This document shows, piece by piece, positions 1 through 14,269 of a DNA stretch of 64,000 nucleotides (position 1 is the first letter of the stretch; each line of letters begins with the position of its first letter). Source of the DNA: Octopus vulgaris (lineage: Eukaryota); contig OX597825.1 in NCBI GenBank assembly GCA_951406725.2, forward strand, positions 80,104,001 to 80,168,000, in the 5' to 3' direction. Position numbers and translations under genes: made by a program. The notes under the pieces were generated by a model. It saw only the letters and a program-made list of their open reading frames with translations. It was not told where the DNA came from and did no database searches.

Positions 1-439
1 TTAGGGCCTTTTCCCTTCATCAATTACATTCGCTCGTATATTCGCAAACCCTTCAATAAAATACACGCACTTCTCTCAAGTTTTAAAATACGCGGCATAA
101 AAAGCGAAGAAAAACTGGAACAATAATTTTTGATTTTAGGAATTCACGAAAGCTTTTTGAATTAAAGTAAAATTAACGTAGCCTGATTTTTGTCAGTTAC
201 AAAATGCAAAATTATAAATTGTTTAATTAAAAATAAAATTAACGATCAGATAACTAATTAAATAAAAAGAAAATTAACAAGTGGCCCCAAAGCTTTGTCT
301 TTTTTTTCCACAAAGTGCTTTGTTTGTTTTATTTGTTGGTTTCTTTTTCCTTTGTTTTTTTTTTTTCCATAATTTTCAGCGCATTAAGTTGCGCCCCCTA
401 CCGACAACTAAACTCAGCAACACACGAAGTGCGCCTTTA

Positions 440-693
440 AATTCATAGTAGTTCGGCACCGAATACCAGGCGACGCAGCGATTGGTGGAGAAAACGACGA
501 TGTCATCCGTGCACGTTAGTAGGCGCCATATTGGTAAGGAAGAGTGAAAAAGGCGTCAAATATTCGATTGTTGTGGAAAGTTGATGGTGGTCGATTGGAC
601 GGCGAAGCTTTGGAAGAAAAAACATACGAACGGGCACTGCTTTAATTTATTTCCCCTCCCCTTGTACATAAGGCACGCACAGCCCCATCAAGG
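440..693 (+). promoter_or_regulatory. CpG-enriched promoter/5'UTR region of ENSA
   Basis: Local CpG/GC enrichment in AT-rich background directly upstream of the ATG at 694; ATTGG (reverse CCAAT) at 481-485 and YY1-like GCGCCATATTGG at ~523-534. TSS not determinable. Confidence 0.55.
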
Positions 694-846
694 ATGTCGT
701 CTGAAACAGGAGGGACGGCTGTGTCGAGTGCCGCCGCCGGGATGAGTCGGGTGGAGTCTTCTTCCACCGTCCGAGAAGACAACACCAATAATACTTCTTC
801 AGTCGACAGCACCGGACCCCATGCCGACACTCAGAAACAACCTCAG
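694..846 (+). CDS. ENSA: Alpha-endosulfine/ARPP19 family protein, coding exon 1 (MSSETGG...TQKQPQ, 51 codons)
   Basis: ATG in AGGATGT context; donor CAG|GTACGC at 846/847, phase 0, in frame with exon 2. Low-complexity N-terminus, so this exon rests on splice logic rather than homology. Confidence 0.8.
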
Positions 847-979
847 GTACGCGCAACGTCCCTTCTTACCCTGCAACCCTTATTATTCAACCCTTGCTCC
901 CATTATTATTATTATTATTATCTCCTCGGTGGTTTTTTTTTTTTTAACCCCGGTATTTCAACTATTTCCTATCAATGTT

Positions 980-1190
980 GTGTATATACATACATATATA
1001 TATAATGTGTGTATATATATATAATATATTGTGTAAAATATATTTATATTACTATTGAGCAGACTATCGGATGTTATACATTCCTGATCACAATGTGCTT
1101 CCATGCATTGTGGCTTTGAAATGAAGCCACCCCGCTGGCGAAGCGGCCAGGCATGCATATATATATGTATGTATATATACATACACACAC

Positions 1191-1232
<42 letters not shown>

Positions 1233-1545
1233 TGTGTACATCGCCCCCAATACTTCTAACATATATATGTATATATACACTCACACACATATGTATACAT
1301 ATATATATACACTCACACATATGTATATATATACACACACACATATGTATATATATACATACACACACACATATATGTAGATATAAACACACATATATAC
1401 ACACACATATATGTATATATATATACATACACACACATATATGTAGATATAAACACACATATGTATGTATATATATATATACACACACACGCACACACAC
1501 ATGTAAATATATATATATATATATATTTGCACACACACACACACT
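980..1545. repeat. Compound (TA)n/(CA)n microsatellite with higher-order repeats
   Basis: Visible dinucleotide tracts; explains all YI/VC/HT-rich ORFs here. Confidence 0.95.
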
Positions 1546-3904
1546 GCTTTTGATTGTCTCTTCCTTCTTAAACCGTTTATTCAGTTTTCTGTTTATATTT
1601 TGTCTCTCAGCGTTTAAATATTTCGTGCAAATTACAGGAAAGCAGTTTAAAGACAATATTTCACACTTATTTTTTTTTTAAAATTACTTATTTAATCCCA
1701 GAATTGAAAACCTCAAAATTAAATTATTACTTTCATCTCAGATTCAGACAAATTATAAATTTTATATATACATACATATACATATATATATGATTAGTAA
1801 GGTGAAGTCGAACTGGACGAATGAATTAAAAATTGCATTGCTGTTAATAGTAAGAGATTATCATCAATATAGAACATAGAATGCGGTTTTTAAAATATTG
1901 CTGTACTAAGACCGGGTTTCGTGGGTTTAAATTATTATTTCATTCGACTGGACATAAAGAAACCCATATTTTTAGGGTCTGGGGAAAATTGAATGTTGGT
2001 GATGTTTCTCGATTATTATGGACAATCATTTGTCGAATTAAGGCGGTGGTGGTAATGATGTTAAGTGGATTTCCGCTAGCCACAAATATAAATAAATGAC
2101 GTATTAACTTTCGATCCCCGATTTTAAAATAAAGAAGAAAAAAAATGCAACCGTAACATTGTGAGGGACATAGGAAATGTGTTTCTCACTATGAAATATT
2201 TTTGTTATGAAAAACATTGTTTTATTGTTTCGGCTCTTGGCTTGTTTCTGTAATAAAATTAGAACTAATTGTCGCTAAAAAAGATAGCAAAATTTCTGTT
2301 CTTGATAAGATAGCTACATCTGAGGCTAGCATAAGTAAATAGCTGTGCTATTTCTTATGGCCATGGTGGTGGTGAAAGTATCGATTGGTGTGGTGGCGAG
2401 TGCTACGATGTGAAACGTTTCATTTTGGCCCCTTCATACAAGACGATTCAGTGAGAGAAAGCGAAGACGGGAACCGATCTCGGTATTTGACCGGTACTTT
2501 ATCAACCCCCGGAGGAACGAAAGATAAAGATGGTCTGGGCGGGATTTGAAATCGGAGCGCAGAGGCTCGGAACAAATACCAAATCAACGCTTAATGTCTG
2601 TCGTTGAAAACGTTAGTCACGTGCTGAAAACATTAATGCTTGGCTTGCTTGAAATGGTAGTCAAATTTACCTCAAGTCACACCCTGCCGCCTTTGGAAAA
2701 CAATAGACATAGATAATGTTGTTCTACATAACCTTAAAATGGCGGGATGGTCACGGCTGGTATACCTTCGATCAGAGCTGACCTTGGGCTGAAGAACTAT
2801 AACCAGTGGTCGGTTGTTGAACTGACATTTTTTTCCTTAAATCAGTTTTAAGGAGATTGTAACAAATAATTGTTTTAAAATTCCCATTTCTCAGCTCAAT
2901 TCAGGCCATGTTTTCAATCTTCATAAGAGACAATTCTGGATTAAATTTGGTTTAAGACGAGTCCCCTTTTTGTTGGAACCTTGCCTTCTTTGATCACGTG
3001 TTTCTCTCCAGCTAGATCTCCTTGTTCAAATAAATATTCATTGATCACTTATATAAATTAGGTTTGATCTTGTAAAATTGCTGTACTGAACGTTTTTTAT
3101 CTATCTTTTCAGTCTGGAAGGAATGTAGTAACCCTGATACAATACAGGGCTTCTGAGATTGGTGGGAGGGGTGGAGGAAGGTTTCCTCGGTCTGGAAACC
3201 TGGCTTTGAATGCTTGCAACAGAGTGGACTCTGTTAGAAGCCTCCAATGTGCCAGGTGGTGGGGAGTCTACCACCCAACTAGGTTATACCTGGGCTTGAA
3301 CTCAGAACAAACACTGCAAGGCATCCATCAAACCTGACATTCTTACAGTCTCACCAATCCTTTGCCTTTCTCTTAATTCTTTATCAACCCCAAAATAATG
3401 AAAAGTAAAGTTGACCTTGGCAGGATTTGAACTCAGAATGCAGAGAGTTGGACAAATACTGTGAAGCCTTCTGTCTGATGTTCTAACAACTCTGCCAATT
3501 CACTCTCTTTAACTCTGGAAATTTGAAAATTGTATTTTTTTAAGTTCCTTTTTTTTTCTTTAACCCTTTTTATATGTATGTTTACGCTTAAAAAGGGTTT
3601 GCTGTTTCTGCAAATTTAAATATTTGCAGGAATTGTGGAGATAGATGCTCAGAAGCAAAATGGGAGTGAATTGGGAACTGTATGTTGTTTGAAGTCCAAC
3701 TCCCAATAGCAGGGTACAATCCTTTATTTAAATTATATCTAAACCCTAATAAACTGGTCCATAAATTTGGTAATGTTGTCATCCCTGCCTGAAGTCAATC
3801 AGTAGTATCATCATCATTTCGTTTTTACATACTCTTTTCCATGATGGTATGAGTTGGGGAGAGTGACTGAGGCAGTTCTTCTTCAACAAGATTATGCTGA
3901 TGCT

Positions 3905-4141
3905 ACGTAAAAAGCATCCAGTCCACACTTTTGAAGGGCATTCTTGCCAAAACTGACCTCGCCTGTGCTTGTGCCATGTAAAAAGCACTCGGTCCACTTT
4001 GCTGGGTGGTTGGTGTTAGGAAGGGCATCCAGCTGTACAACCCCTGCCAAATCAGACGGCAAAGACTGGTGCAGGCTCCTTCCAGGCCAGCTCCTGTCAA
4101 CCCATGCCAGCATGGCAGGCAAATGTTTAAGTGATGATGAT
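3905..4141 (+). mobile_element. RTE-LINE 3' tail / RTE-tail SINE copy ending in (ATG)n
   Basis: GGTTGGTGTTAGGAAGGGCATCCAGCTGTA...AACCCATGCCAGCATGG...GATGATGA, shared with >15 copies in the window and attached to RTE RT remnants at 25.8 and 40.5 kb. Confidence 0.75.
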
Positions 4142-5482
4142 TAGGCTCTTTCTGTCCCCTGAAGCAAGGGGGCTCCTTTTTATAGCTGTTTTTGCTTAAA
4201 TTGCATCACATGAGGACACGCACACACATCATGGGTTTCCATTTCTTTGTCTGTTTATAAGTTCCACTTGCAAAGTAGTCCATTGTGTTTGGCTGTGTGT
4301 ATGTGCTGTCTGTCTTTACTTTGACATAGATAGAAAATTCATTTTTCCAGTCATCAGATATCATTTTTCATTTTGCTCTTAGACCACATTCTACCCCTCC
4401 TTGCACATCTGGTTGTTTTAGGTGCACAAAAGCAATCAGGACAGACATCTGTAGTCTCTTTGAGAAATAACATTTCTGGTGCCATGAAAATATGCATCCA
4501 GTACATTCTGTAAAGTGTTTGGTACCTATAAATGAGGATACAGCCTTTTGCCATCAACATTAGCAGAACCTCCAAATGTATACTGACTCCCAATCACGGC
4601 AGCTTTTCCACTCAGTGTTTAAAGTGACCATATCTACATGTTTAATGTTCAAACTGTCAGATCCTGGCCTCTTACAACCCCAATCCTGGCCTCAATGTAT
4701 ATTTCTAAAAATATACTATTATATCATTGAAATTTCAAAGTTACAAGATAATGCATGATTAATTCAAAACCAATGCAAATTAATAAGTATGAAATTTGAA
4801 TACTAAATGTGAATGCTAAAGGATTAATTGAAAGATTGATTTGTACTTTTGAATTGTAGTTTTTCATGATTGTAGCATTGCTTTACTACCATCAACCACT
4901 TTAAAGCCTTGACTAGGATTGCTTCATCTTGCCATCGGCATCAAAGATTGTCCTGTGTTAAAATAAGATTACTCTCTGGGATACACGGCCAATTGGATTT
5001 GGTATGGGAAATTAACCTAACATCAATACATATTACTGTACTTATTGATGACAATTTGATAGTATTACATATAAGTTGACCCAATTGGTGAGCAAGACAG
5101 TGAGTCAGATATTCTATTATATTCTCTCAATCATTGTTAGGAATATTTTTTTCAGTCAGTAAAAATTTTAAGCTAAATCAAACCAGTTTGTTAGTTTTCT
5201 CCATTTTTAATGTTCCTGTCAAACTCAATTCTCATAGTTGTTAAAGAAGGAGCGTTTAGATTTAAGCCTTTCAACATCACCCCCCACCTCAGACTGTCTC
5301 TGCTTTCTATGATACAAGCTTCCTGTCCTAAGGTGATCTAATTTAAAACCTATCGACATTTCGTGTAGATTTAGGTTCCAAACATCTGCTTAATAATGAG
5401 TTATTTTACTGAATTTATTATTTTGAAAGAATGAATTAAAACGAAGGTTATGTCTTCCAGCAGATAAACAGTAACAAACGGG

Positions 5483-5700
5483 TCAACCCTTTAGCATTTA
5501 AATCATCCATATCCAGCCCAAATATTCTACCTGTTTTATATTCAAAGTGGCCAGATCCCTCCTCCCATACCTGCCCTACAATGTTGTTCTAAAAATAATC
5601 ACATCAAAATCTCAAAGCTATGAGACAATGCATGATAAATTCAAAGTATGTGAATAAATAAGCATCACATTTGACAGGACACTGAATGCTTAAGGGTTAA
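5483..5700. mobile_element. piggyBac-type MITE (CCCTTTAGCATT terminal repeats)
   Basis: AACCCTTTAGCATT...AATGCTAAGGGTTAA ends; related copies at ~4640-4827, 56200-56425, 60795-60990 and 61030-61205. Confidence 0.7.
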
Positions 5701-7369
5701 AGCAAACCTGTATAATGTTGCCATATTCTAGTAAACCTGGAATGGGTGCTTTTTCGATTCCAACTGACACTAATTCAGTATCTGCCTTTGGTTTATGGCT
5801 GTGACTCCTTAGTTTGATATCGTCTTTGTTTAGACAAACTATTCCCCCACCTATATATATATATATATATATACACACGGTTGCTGCCTTAAATTCCAAA
5901 TAGTAACAAAACTGGTTTTTATTGTTTAATGTATTTATGTAGTGTGGAAAGATTGTTTTAATGTCTATTTTTTCCCATGCTTGTACGGATCAGATGAGTG
6001 CATTGGGCAGTTTTTTTACAGCTGGATGCCTTTCCTGGTGCCAACCAACACCTGTTTCTAAATGAGGTAATAATCTCTCTCTTGAACAAGTAGCAGCCTG
6101 GACATGTTTTCACCAAGAACTGGAAACAAATGACGCTGTCAGTGGGGCCATTGTTTACATCCAATGAACCTGTGAAGACAAGGGAAATGGGATCTCACAC
6201 ACACACACACACTGGAGTGGGTTTGTAGTTTTTCTCTACCAAATCCACTTACAAGGCTTTGTTTGGCCTGGGGCTATAGTGGATGACATTTCCCCAAGCT
6301 GCCACTTAGGTAGACTGATCCTGAATCCATGTGGTTGGAAGCAAACTTCACTAGTTGGCTATAGACAAAAATGATATTTCTGCTGTTTTATATATATATA
6401 TATCAATTAGACTAAAAGCTGCAGGCGATGTGTCTTCCTCCATACTTCCATTGTAAGATTTTCCTTTCTGTTTCATAAAGACCTGAACATTTTTAGATAA
6501 GCTACTTTAAACATATGTATCTTATTACAACACAACTTGAAAAATTTTATCTCTTATTCTCAGTTATATTTATTCATATGACTATTCATTAGACTGTGTA
6601 ACTTAAAGCTTTCCTCTGATAAAACACTTTCCTTAACTAGGTGCAGTCATTTTCATTATTAAATTAACGTTTGTATTTAAGATAATGGTTTTCTGAAAAT
6701 TAGTGAGATTTCTAATTTTCGTTGATTATTAAAAGCTATTTTAGATTCAAGAGTCAGAAGAAGAAATTAAAAAGATTATTTATTACATGTAAAATTTTCT
6801 GAATGACTTTTATTTAAACTTTTTGTGACCACTTTTCTGAGAAGAATTCACAATTTCAGAAAATTTTAGAAATAGTTTCAAATGTACAAAGGTTTGATTA
6901 AAAATAGCTGTAGATTTGTGTACTTATTAATTGGTTTTTGAGCTATGATGGAAATTTCCCTTCTGAAATATTCATGTCAGATTTTACTTTAAATGTGAAC
7001 ATTTTGATATGTGGGTTGGTGGCATTACATGTTAACATACACTGTGACTTGTAGTATAAATACAACTTTTGGCATCGTTTTGTTTTCTTAGAATTATTCC
7101 ATTCTGACAAAGTTGGTTCACTGCCAGACTGTAATGGTTTCTCTTGTATTTTGTGTCTGTGTGTTAATAGCTAAATGCTTAAGATGACAAAATATTGGCT
7201 TGTGCATTCATAATGACATGGAAACTTTTTTCCTTGATTGTAAAAACTCTTAAAATTTATTTAGTTATTATTTATTGGAAGTTATTCCTTAGAATGAATG
7301 TTTTGGTTTATATTTTGGCTTGGCACTGTTGGGTTTAAACACTTATGGAGTAAGATAAAATTCATGTAC

Positions 7370-7760
7370 AAGGTGTGTTTTAAGCAAAGCTTTTCACAAG
7401 CAAAAATTTCTTTTTTCCCTTAGAATTTAATCAGACTTGCCTCAACCGAAACAGCTCCCTCTATTGTTGATACAGTATTTTTTCCTGTTTTGAAACCTGT
7501 TTTCAGGGGTTGAGCACAGTTCATGTGGTGGATTTTCTTCAATGTCTTCTGTTGTCTGAAATCAGTGACATTTCAGGGTAGACTTCAACTTTGGAAACAC
7601 ACACACACAAAAAAAAAACCTTGCAGGGTTCAAATTTTGATAGTCAGGCGGTTGAAGGATGAGAGCGACCTTAAATGTTGCTAAAAGGAATGATGTGTGA
7701 ATAGGTGCATTGTCATGGTAACCATCAAGATTTTGTTTGTCCATACATCAAGCTTTATTC
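7370..7760 (-). mobile_element. Degenerate mariner transposase fragment
   Basis: ORF 7562-7744 gives YHDNAPIHTS...QPPDYQNLNPARFF...FPKLKSTLK, matching mariner HDNA.H / HPPYSPDLAP.DF.LFPKLK motifs. Confidence 0.7.
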
Positions 7761-8458
7761 ATTGATCTACATTGTGGCTGTACAGTCTTGTCATAAAGCA
7801 GTGACTGTTTGTGTTGATAGACCTTGAAGGTTTGATTTGAGGGGAATATCAATAGAGTGAAGTTGATGGAATGGTGTAGAGGAATAGACAATGCAATAAA
7901 ATTTAGGATTGTAGAAGACTTGTAAAGGAGAAGGAGCTTGGCATTCACATTCTATAATAATCAGAAAAGTAGGTGTGAAGTCTCAAAGTTGTGTGAAAAC
8001 TAATAAAAACATTAATATCGATAAGTTACTGGGGTCTGATTAGTGAGAGTAAGCCTAACCTATGTATGATGTGGAATAAGTCCATTTTTCTTTTGCTATT
8101 TCTACTTTTTGGCTCATTTAAATTATTCTAGATTCTGTAGGCTGTAAACCAAAAGTTCCACTGTTATAAAATACATTATTATTTATACAAATTCTCGCCC
8201 TTGATTGAATTGTTCTTCCCAATGACCTATAAGTTGCTTGCTGGAAAGCACTATTCTGTTTACTTTATAATCTAACCCCAGCTTCTTACTGTAGCTAAGT
8301 TATAGATTTACTGTTTGGTAAAATCTTGTTAAAAATCCTATCTCCCCTGTGATATATCGTCTCCTGCTGCCCCTCATTTCACATTAACTCTTTCATTATG
8401 ACATTTCTCTTGAAATGCACTGCATTTGTTGCAGTTTATTTTGAAAATGGTGCTCTTA

Positions 8459-8830
8459 GTAGGGTATTAAGAGCACCATCCGAGCTTGATCGTTGCCAGA
8501 GCAGCCATCTGGCCTCCGTGCCGGTGGCACGTAAAAGACAACATTCGAGCGTGATCATTACCAGCATCGCCTTACTGGCACCTGTGCCGGTGGCATGTAT
8601 AAAAGATTTGGGCGTGGCCATTGCCAGTACCACCTGACTGGCCCCGTGCTGGTGGCACATAAAAGCACCCACTACGCTCTCAGAGTGGTTGGCATTAGGA
8701 AGGGCATCCAGCTGTAGAAACTCTGCCAGATCAAGATTGAAGCCTGGTGCAGCCATCTGGTTCACCAGCCCTCAGTCAAAATCGTCCAACTCATGCTAGC
8801 ATGGAAAACAGATGTTAAACGATGATGATG
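8459..8830 (+). mobile_element. RTE-tail element with tandem ~60-bp subrepeats
   Basis: Closely similar to 17168-17533 including the same 5' start (GTAGGGTATTAAGAGCACCATCCGA); ends in GATGATGATG. Confidence 0.8.
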
Positions 8831-9617
8831 GCAGGTTTTAATCTGAATGAATCACTTAAAAACAAGTTTATACTAAAGAACCAACTGGGTTGGTATCAAA
8901 GGGTTAATCGCAGTTTTGTTTTAGGAACCATTGCTCTGATATACACACACATCTATGGATTTATCCAAAGTGTTTCCTAGCTTCTTGATGCCATTCTTCC
9001 ACATTGGCTTGTCATGACAGCAAGTCTAGCCGATATTTAATGTAGAATCTATCGCGTGATTGTCTTGCTATTGACAACATAGTGGACGTATTTGCAGCAC
9101 ACTTTATGAATCTACAATATCACCAAGAGACCCAGCATGTTGAAAACTGCAGTTTGGAGATTGTGAGGTTGATATTCACCTCCTATTTCAACCTGACTCT
9201 CTCATCATATGCTTCTACCTTGTTCTGGACTGTAGACCAATGTTTGCATTATTTCATTTTTGCTGTAGAAAACTGTCCAAGATTTGCAAAAGTTGAACAT
9301 TTGGGGAAATAGAATTTAAATGAAAACAGCTAAAACAGAAACTCCAATTAGCAACAGGAGCTTCAAAGGGTCCAGGAAAAGGATTATATTAGGTGTGTAG
9401 AATAGGAGCATAGTACTAGCAGTGGGTGTGATAACACAAAACATAAATGCTGTAGTGTTTTTAGTTGAATGGCCATGGATGGCTTTGATGAAAATGTATT
9501 GTTTTTTTTATGTAATGTGATAATGAGGTTTAGCCCTAGGTTGGTCATAATTGAAATGACCTACGGTCAAATGATATTCCAACTGCCCCCCCCCCCCGCA
9601 CTGTTGTCCCTTGTTAA

Positions 9618-9945
9618 AGTGTGTGGCTTAGTGGTTAGGGTGTTCTGATCATGATTGTATGGTCATGGGTTCGATTCCTGACCTCTTATGGTGTCCTTGA
9701 ACAAAAGATGTTATTCCACGTTACTCTAGTCCACTTAGCTGGCAAAATTGCATTGTACTTTTATAACAAGAGGAACAGCAAGGAATAGCCTTGTTACAAT
9801 GTGTGTCACACACTGAATGTCCCTGGAAACTATGTTGAGAGTAAGCATGTCTGTGGAGTGTTCAGCCACTTGCACGTTAATTTCACAAGCAGGCAGTTCC
9901 ATTGATTGAATCAACTGAAACAATCGTAACCAACAGAGAACCTGG
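9618..9945 (+). mobile_element. tRNA-derived SINE
   Basis: A-box TGGCTTAGTGG and B-box GGTTCGATTCC, followed by a GTGTCCTTGAACAA core. Confidence 0.7.
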
Positions 9946-10439
9946 CTGATCCCTATTAAAGACGATAGTGTGTGATTTAAAGGAGATTTGGTTGCTTCTT
10001 CTAGCTGTTAGAATGACTACATAGACCCTGCCTTTGTGGAACTACTTTAAAACAAAAACCCAAAAAAGCTAATGAATATCTCATTTTGAACATTTATCAG
10101 GAATTTTAAAGTTTTCTTTGAATTACAAACTTTGACTGACTCTAACTATGTCAATTTGTAGACAATGAAAACTGGTTTTATGAGCAAAATAATTTCTTTG
10201 TTCACATAATTATAACTTACAGGGTTACTAGATATTTCTATTGTAACAGTGTCAGCCAGACACAAGCTGGATGTCATTAGTGGAGATTATTGTTCTATTG
10301 TTACAGCTTTTTTTTTTTTAAGATTAATTGTTTAATCTGTTATATCTGCTGATATAGCAACTCTTGGCACCATGGGGTTTTACTGCTTCAAAACAGGCCT
10401 GTTCTCTTAAACATAATTTTTCCATGACAGTGACAATGT

Positions 10440-10728
10440 TAAAAGCACCATTTGAGTGCAGTTGTTGCCAGTGCCGCCTGACTGGTTCCCGTGTAGGTGG
10501 CACGTAAAAAGCACCATTCAAGCGTGGCTGATGCTGGTACTGCCTGACTGGTCTTCATGCCAGTGACACATAAAAAGCACACAGTGGATGGCGTAAGGAA
10601 GGGCATCCAACTGTAGAAACTTTGCCAGATCAGATTGGAGCCTGGTGCAGCCTTCTGGCTCACCAACCCCCAGTCAAACCATCCAACCCATGCCAGCATG
10701 GACAGCAGACATTAAGCGATGATGATGT
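10440..10728 (+). mobile_element. RTE-tail element copy
   Basis: Same subrepeats and (GAT)n tail as other copies. Confidence 0.75.
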
Positions 10729-11029
10729 TTTATCCTCTTTTTAAATTCTATATCTTAACTCTTTTGATGCCAACCTACCTGCCCCTGGTTCTGTGATACA
10801 AACTTCTTTTTTAAAATTAAAGCTTTCCATCAAAATATATTCAATTTGTTTCAAACTCCAGCTTAATAATAAGTTGATTAAATTCTTTTTTTTTTCTTTA
10901 CTTAGAATAAAGGCAATGTATTCCAAAAGAAATATGGTAACAAATAATTACTTTTGTCTTCAAGAATTAAGTGGTGTAGTAATTTAAGCTCAAAAGCTTC
11001 TGACCCTATCCACCGTGGTTAAATAGTAA

Positions 11030-11985
11030 AAATGCTACTGGCCTTTGGGGGTCCCTGAGGAAACAATAGCACAATTATGATGCTCTGTATTACCAGATCA
11101 CTGGTAAGATCCACAGATGGAGATACAAATTTCTTAGCAATCAAAACCAGAATATTCCAGCAGGACACATTTGCACTTTTTGCCTTTGTGATCACTTTGG
11201 ATTATGTCCTCAGAACATTGCTTGACTATCTAAACAGTCTCACGCTTGTGAAAGATCGATCAGACAACAAGCTCAAAGCCAATGGTTTTAGCTTTGCTCT
11301 CTGTTACAATGTCAAATTTCTCCCAATTATAGAATTAGCTGCAAATTGTGTTGAACTACTTGTTAATCCTAGTAAAACCAAGTTCATTGCTAACAATTAT
11401 CAAGGACCCCTCACCAATATTAGCAGAGACCCCATCAATCAAGATGATGATTTCACGTACCTTGATTCTGAGATACCTTGACTGAAATTGATATAAAAAC
11501 TCAGGCAGCCAAAGCATGATCAACCCCAAACAAACTGGACATTGTCTGGAAATCAACCCTCTCAAACCACCTTAAAAAGAATTTTTTCCATGCAGCAGAA
11601 GAGTCAGTCCTTGTATATAGAGCAACGAACTGGAGTCCAGACTAGATGGAACTTAAACCTGAATATTAAGAGCAGTCTGAAAGATATCTTGGAGAAACCA
11701 TTCCACTAAGAAACAAACTGTATGGATATCTCTTTCCTGTTTCCACCAAAATAAGGGAAAGGCACTTGTGCTTTACAGGACATTGCTGGTGAGCTAAACA
11801 AGAGCTAGCAAGTGACCTTTGGCTATGAGTGCCAAAGCACGGCTGTATTTGAGCAGATTATCCAAACACAATGTGTGTAGATAACTCACTAGAGACATTG
11901 GATGCCTACTTTAAGGCCTCCCTCAACAAATGCAGATAGCCTCTGGGTTAAAAATGTCCAAGCAAACTTGACCAGATGTTGATAA
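11030..11985 (+). mobile_element. Degenerate non-LTR retrotransposon RT / C-terminal fragment
   Basis: ORF 11077-11481 contains IFQQDTFALFAFVITLDYVLR (GxxQGDxLAPxLF-like) and FTYLDS (FxYLGS-like); many disruptions. Confidence 0.65.
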
Positions 11986-13986
11986 GTTTGGGGCTGATAT
12001 ATTTAAAATGTTTCCAGTCTTCATGCTTATCATGGTAGTTAAAACATAATCATGATTTAATGTCAGTCTTCCATTGCTGGCATGGGTCGGACAGTTCAAC
12101 AGGAGCTGGTGAGCCAGAGGACTGAGCCAAGATTCACTGTGTAGTTTGGCATGGTTTTTACAGCAGCATACCTGTGCAGGTGGGAGTGAGCATAAAACTC
12201 TGTGGTTGAGTAACTAATTTATTGACCACACAGCCATGTCTGCATCTATTTAAATCCAGTAATTAATAATCCTATTCCTTTTCCACAATGTATATTGAGC
12301 TAAAGACCTGAAAATAGCTGAACAGATAGACTTAATGAGTTAATGGCCATAACTTCAACCACTGTACCATCCCACTTGACTCGGTTCCGTCAGTTTGCAG
12401 AATGAATGATAGCCATCTGAGAAAAGTGATTCCACCCCTGCTAATGTGGAAACTGGATGTAAGACATGCATGCACACGTGTGCAGGGAGTATTTAATGAA
12501 TGCTTGATGGCAATGTGGTTTGGTTTATTCTGTTTATGTCTTGACATTTTGATCTCAGTGAGGCTTTACGTTACTGAAACCATCTCAGTTCAAAAATCAT
12601 TCAGTGCCAATCAGCTTGTGCCATTTGGAATGGCACTTAGTCTTTTTAATTTCATTAAAGTTCAGTTTGAAATAATTTATATGCAGAAATTTGTGAGTAC
12701 AGTAGGTGAAATTAGTGTGTTGCGGAATAGTCCATGTCCAAACTATGACTCTTAATGGTAATAGGTTGATTTAGCTGTTGTACCAGACTAAAAACTAGTT
12801 GACCAAAAACCCTTGAAGACTGTAGCCAGAATGACTGCTGTCCAAAGACTGGAGCTATTCGTGACAGATTAGGTACTTGGGCATGCACAATATTCTCTTG
12901 GATCCAGAATCAATTACTCACATTTTTATAGAATTCATTGCAAGTACAAAGTATGGCTAAAATAGTGGCCACACATTCCTTTCAGCATGTCATGGCTATA
13001 CCTTCTCTATGTTAGCATGACTGTTGAAATGGTCCACTGCTGGCCATGGGTGAAATTGCAGACTTTTTTTTGTTTCTTTTCAATTCTTAATTTATGGTAC
13101 TGGAACCTAACTCATGACCTTGTTTTTTAATTAGCACCAAATATTGGTGATTCTCTGGGCTGTGACCAACAAACAGACAGGCTGTTTATTATTTTAGTGT
13201 AGGAAGATTTTGTTATAATTGTTGAGTTTGTTTTTTATTTCTAAAACTTTCCTAGTTTGCTAACTTTTGCAGACATCCAAGATAACTGTTGAAAAAATGT
13301 AAATCACTTAAATAGTAATTTCTTCAAGAAACGGAACTGTTTTATTTACTCTTGTGTTTAAGGTGGCAAGCCAGCAGGATCATTAGTTTGTCAGTTGGAA
13401 TGCTTGGCAGCATTTCTTCTTGTTACATTCTGAGTTCAACCCCTGAGGTCACCTTTTCCTTTCAGGTTTGATAAAATACCAGTCAAGTACTAGGGTCAGT
13501 GTAATCAACTTAGCTCCCACCTCAAAATTGCCGGCCTTATGCCAAAATTAGAAAGAATTTACTATTGCATTTACGTGTCACTTTTTACTCCCACTTTTAA
13601 GCTGAAAGAATTTGTCATCATCATTTAACATTGATGTTCCATTCTGGCATAGGTTTGACATGTGTCCAAGGATCAGATCATGCTCCAATGTCCATTTTGG
13701 CATGGTTTCTATGGCTGGATGCTCTTCTACATGCCAGCCTCTTCACAGTAAGTACTGGGTGCTGTCTTTGTGTCATTGGTACTAGTGAGACCACCATGCA
13801 GCTTGTGGGTGGAAGTGATGCATTTATGGAAGGAGGCAGGAGCAGAAGATACATAGTTACTCACCTTTAGGAGAGAGAGAGAATGGGAGTGAGTTACAAA
13901 ATATTTAAAAAATCCAAAACTGATTGTTCCTACAATTAAACAGTTGCAGTTGTATTTTATTTTTATTTTATATTTATATTTTGTAG

Positions 13987-14097
13987 GGTAAAAATGTCAT
14001 AGAACATCAAGAAGAAGCCAAGCTAAAGGCCAAATATCCAAATTTGCAAATAAAAGGAGGTGGCCCAGCCTTGTTGCAGAAGCGTTTACAGAGAGGT
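13987..14097 (+). CDS. ENSA: Endosulfine coding exon 2 (GKNVIEHQEEAKLKAKYPNLQIKGGGPALLQKRLQRG)
   Basis: T-rich tract plus TAG acceptor at 13984-13986; GTAAGT donor at 14098; EEAKLKAKYP...L.KRLQ.G is the endosulfine signature. Missed by the ORF track. Confidence 0.95.
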
Positions 14098-14269
14098 GTA
14101 AGTATCTGTTGTTGTTGTTCTTATCACGCCCATATTTCTCTCGTGCAATACACACGCATACAATACTGATATTTAGAAATGATTCCTTTGATGAATAAAG
14201 AATTGCTTTCATAAAACCATTTATTATTTGACGTGAGGTAGTGAACTGACTGATTTCATGTGGTTCCAT

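Noticed and set aside
1-440. Divergent gene upstream of ENSA
   Set aside because: Some CpG enrichment, but no supportable exon or ORF within the window.
847-1005. C-terminal half of ORF 694-1005
   Set aside because: Read-through into intron 1 after the donor at 847.
958-1681. Many overlapping ORFs rich in Y/I/V/C/H/T (also 41.4-41.9, 44.0-44.5, 46.9-47.3 and 49.6-50.3 kb)
   Set aside because: Translations of TA/CA/TG microsatellites.
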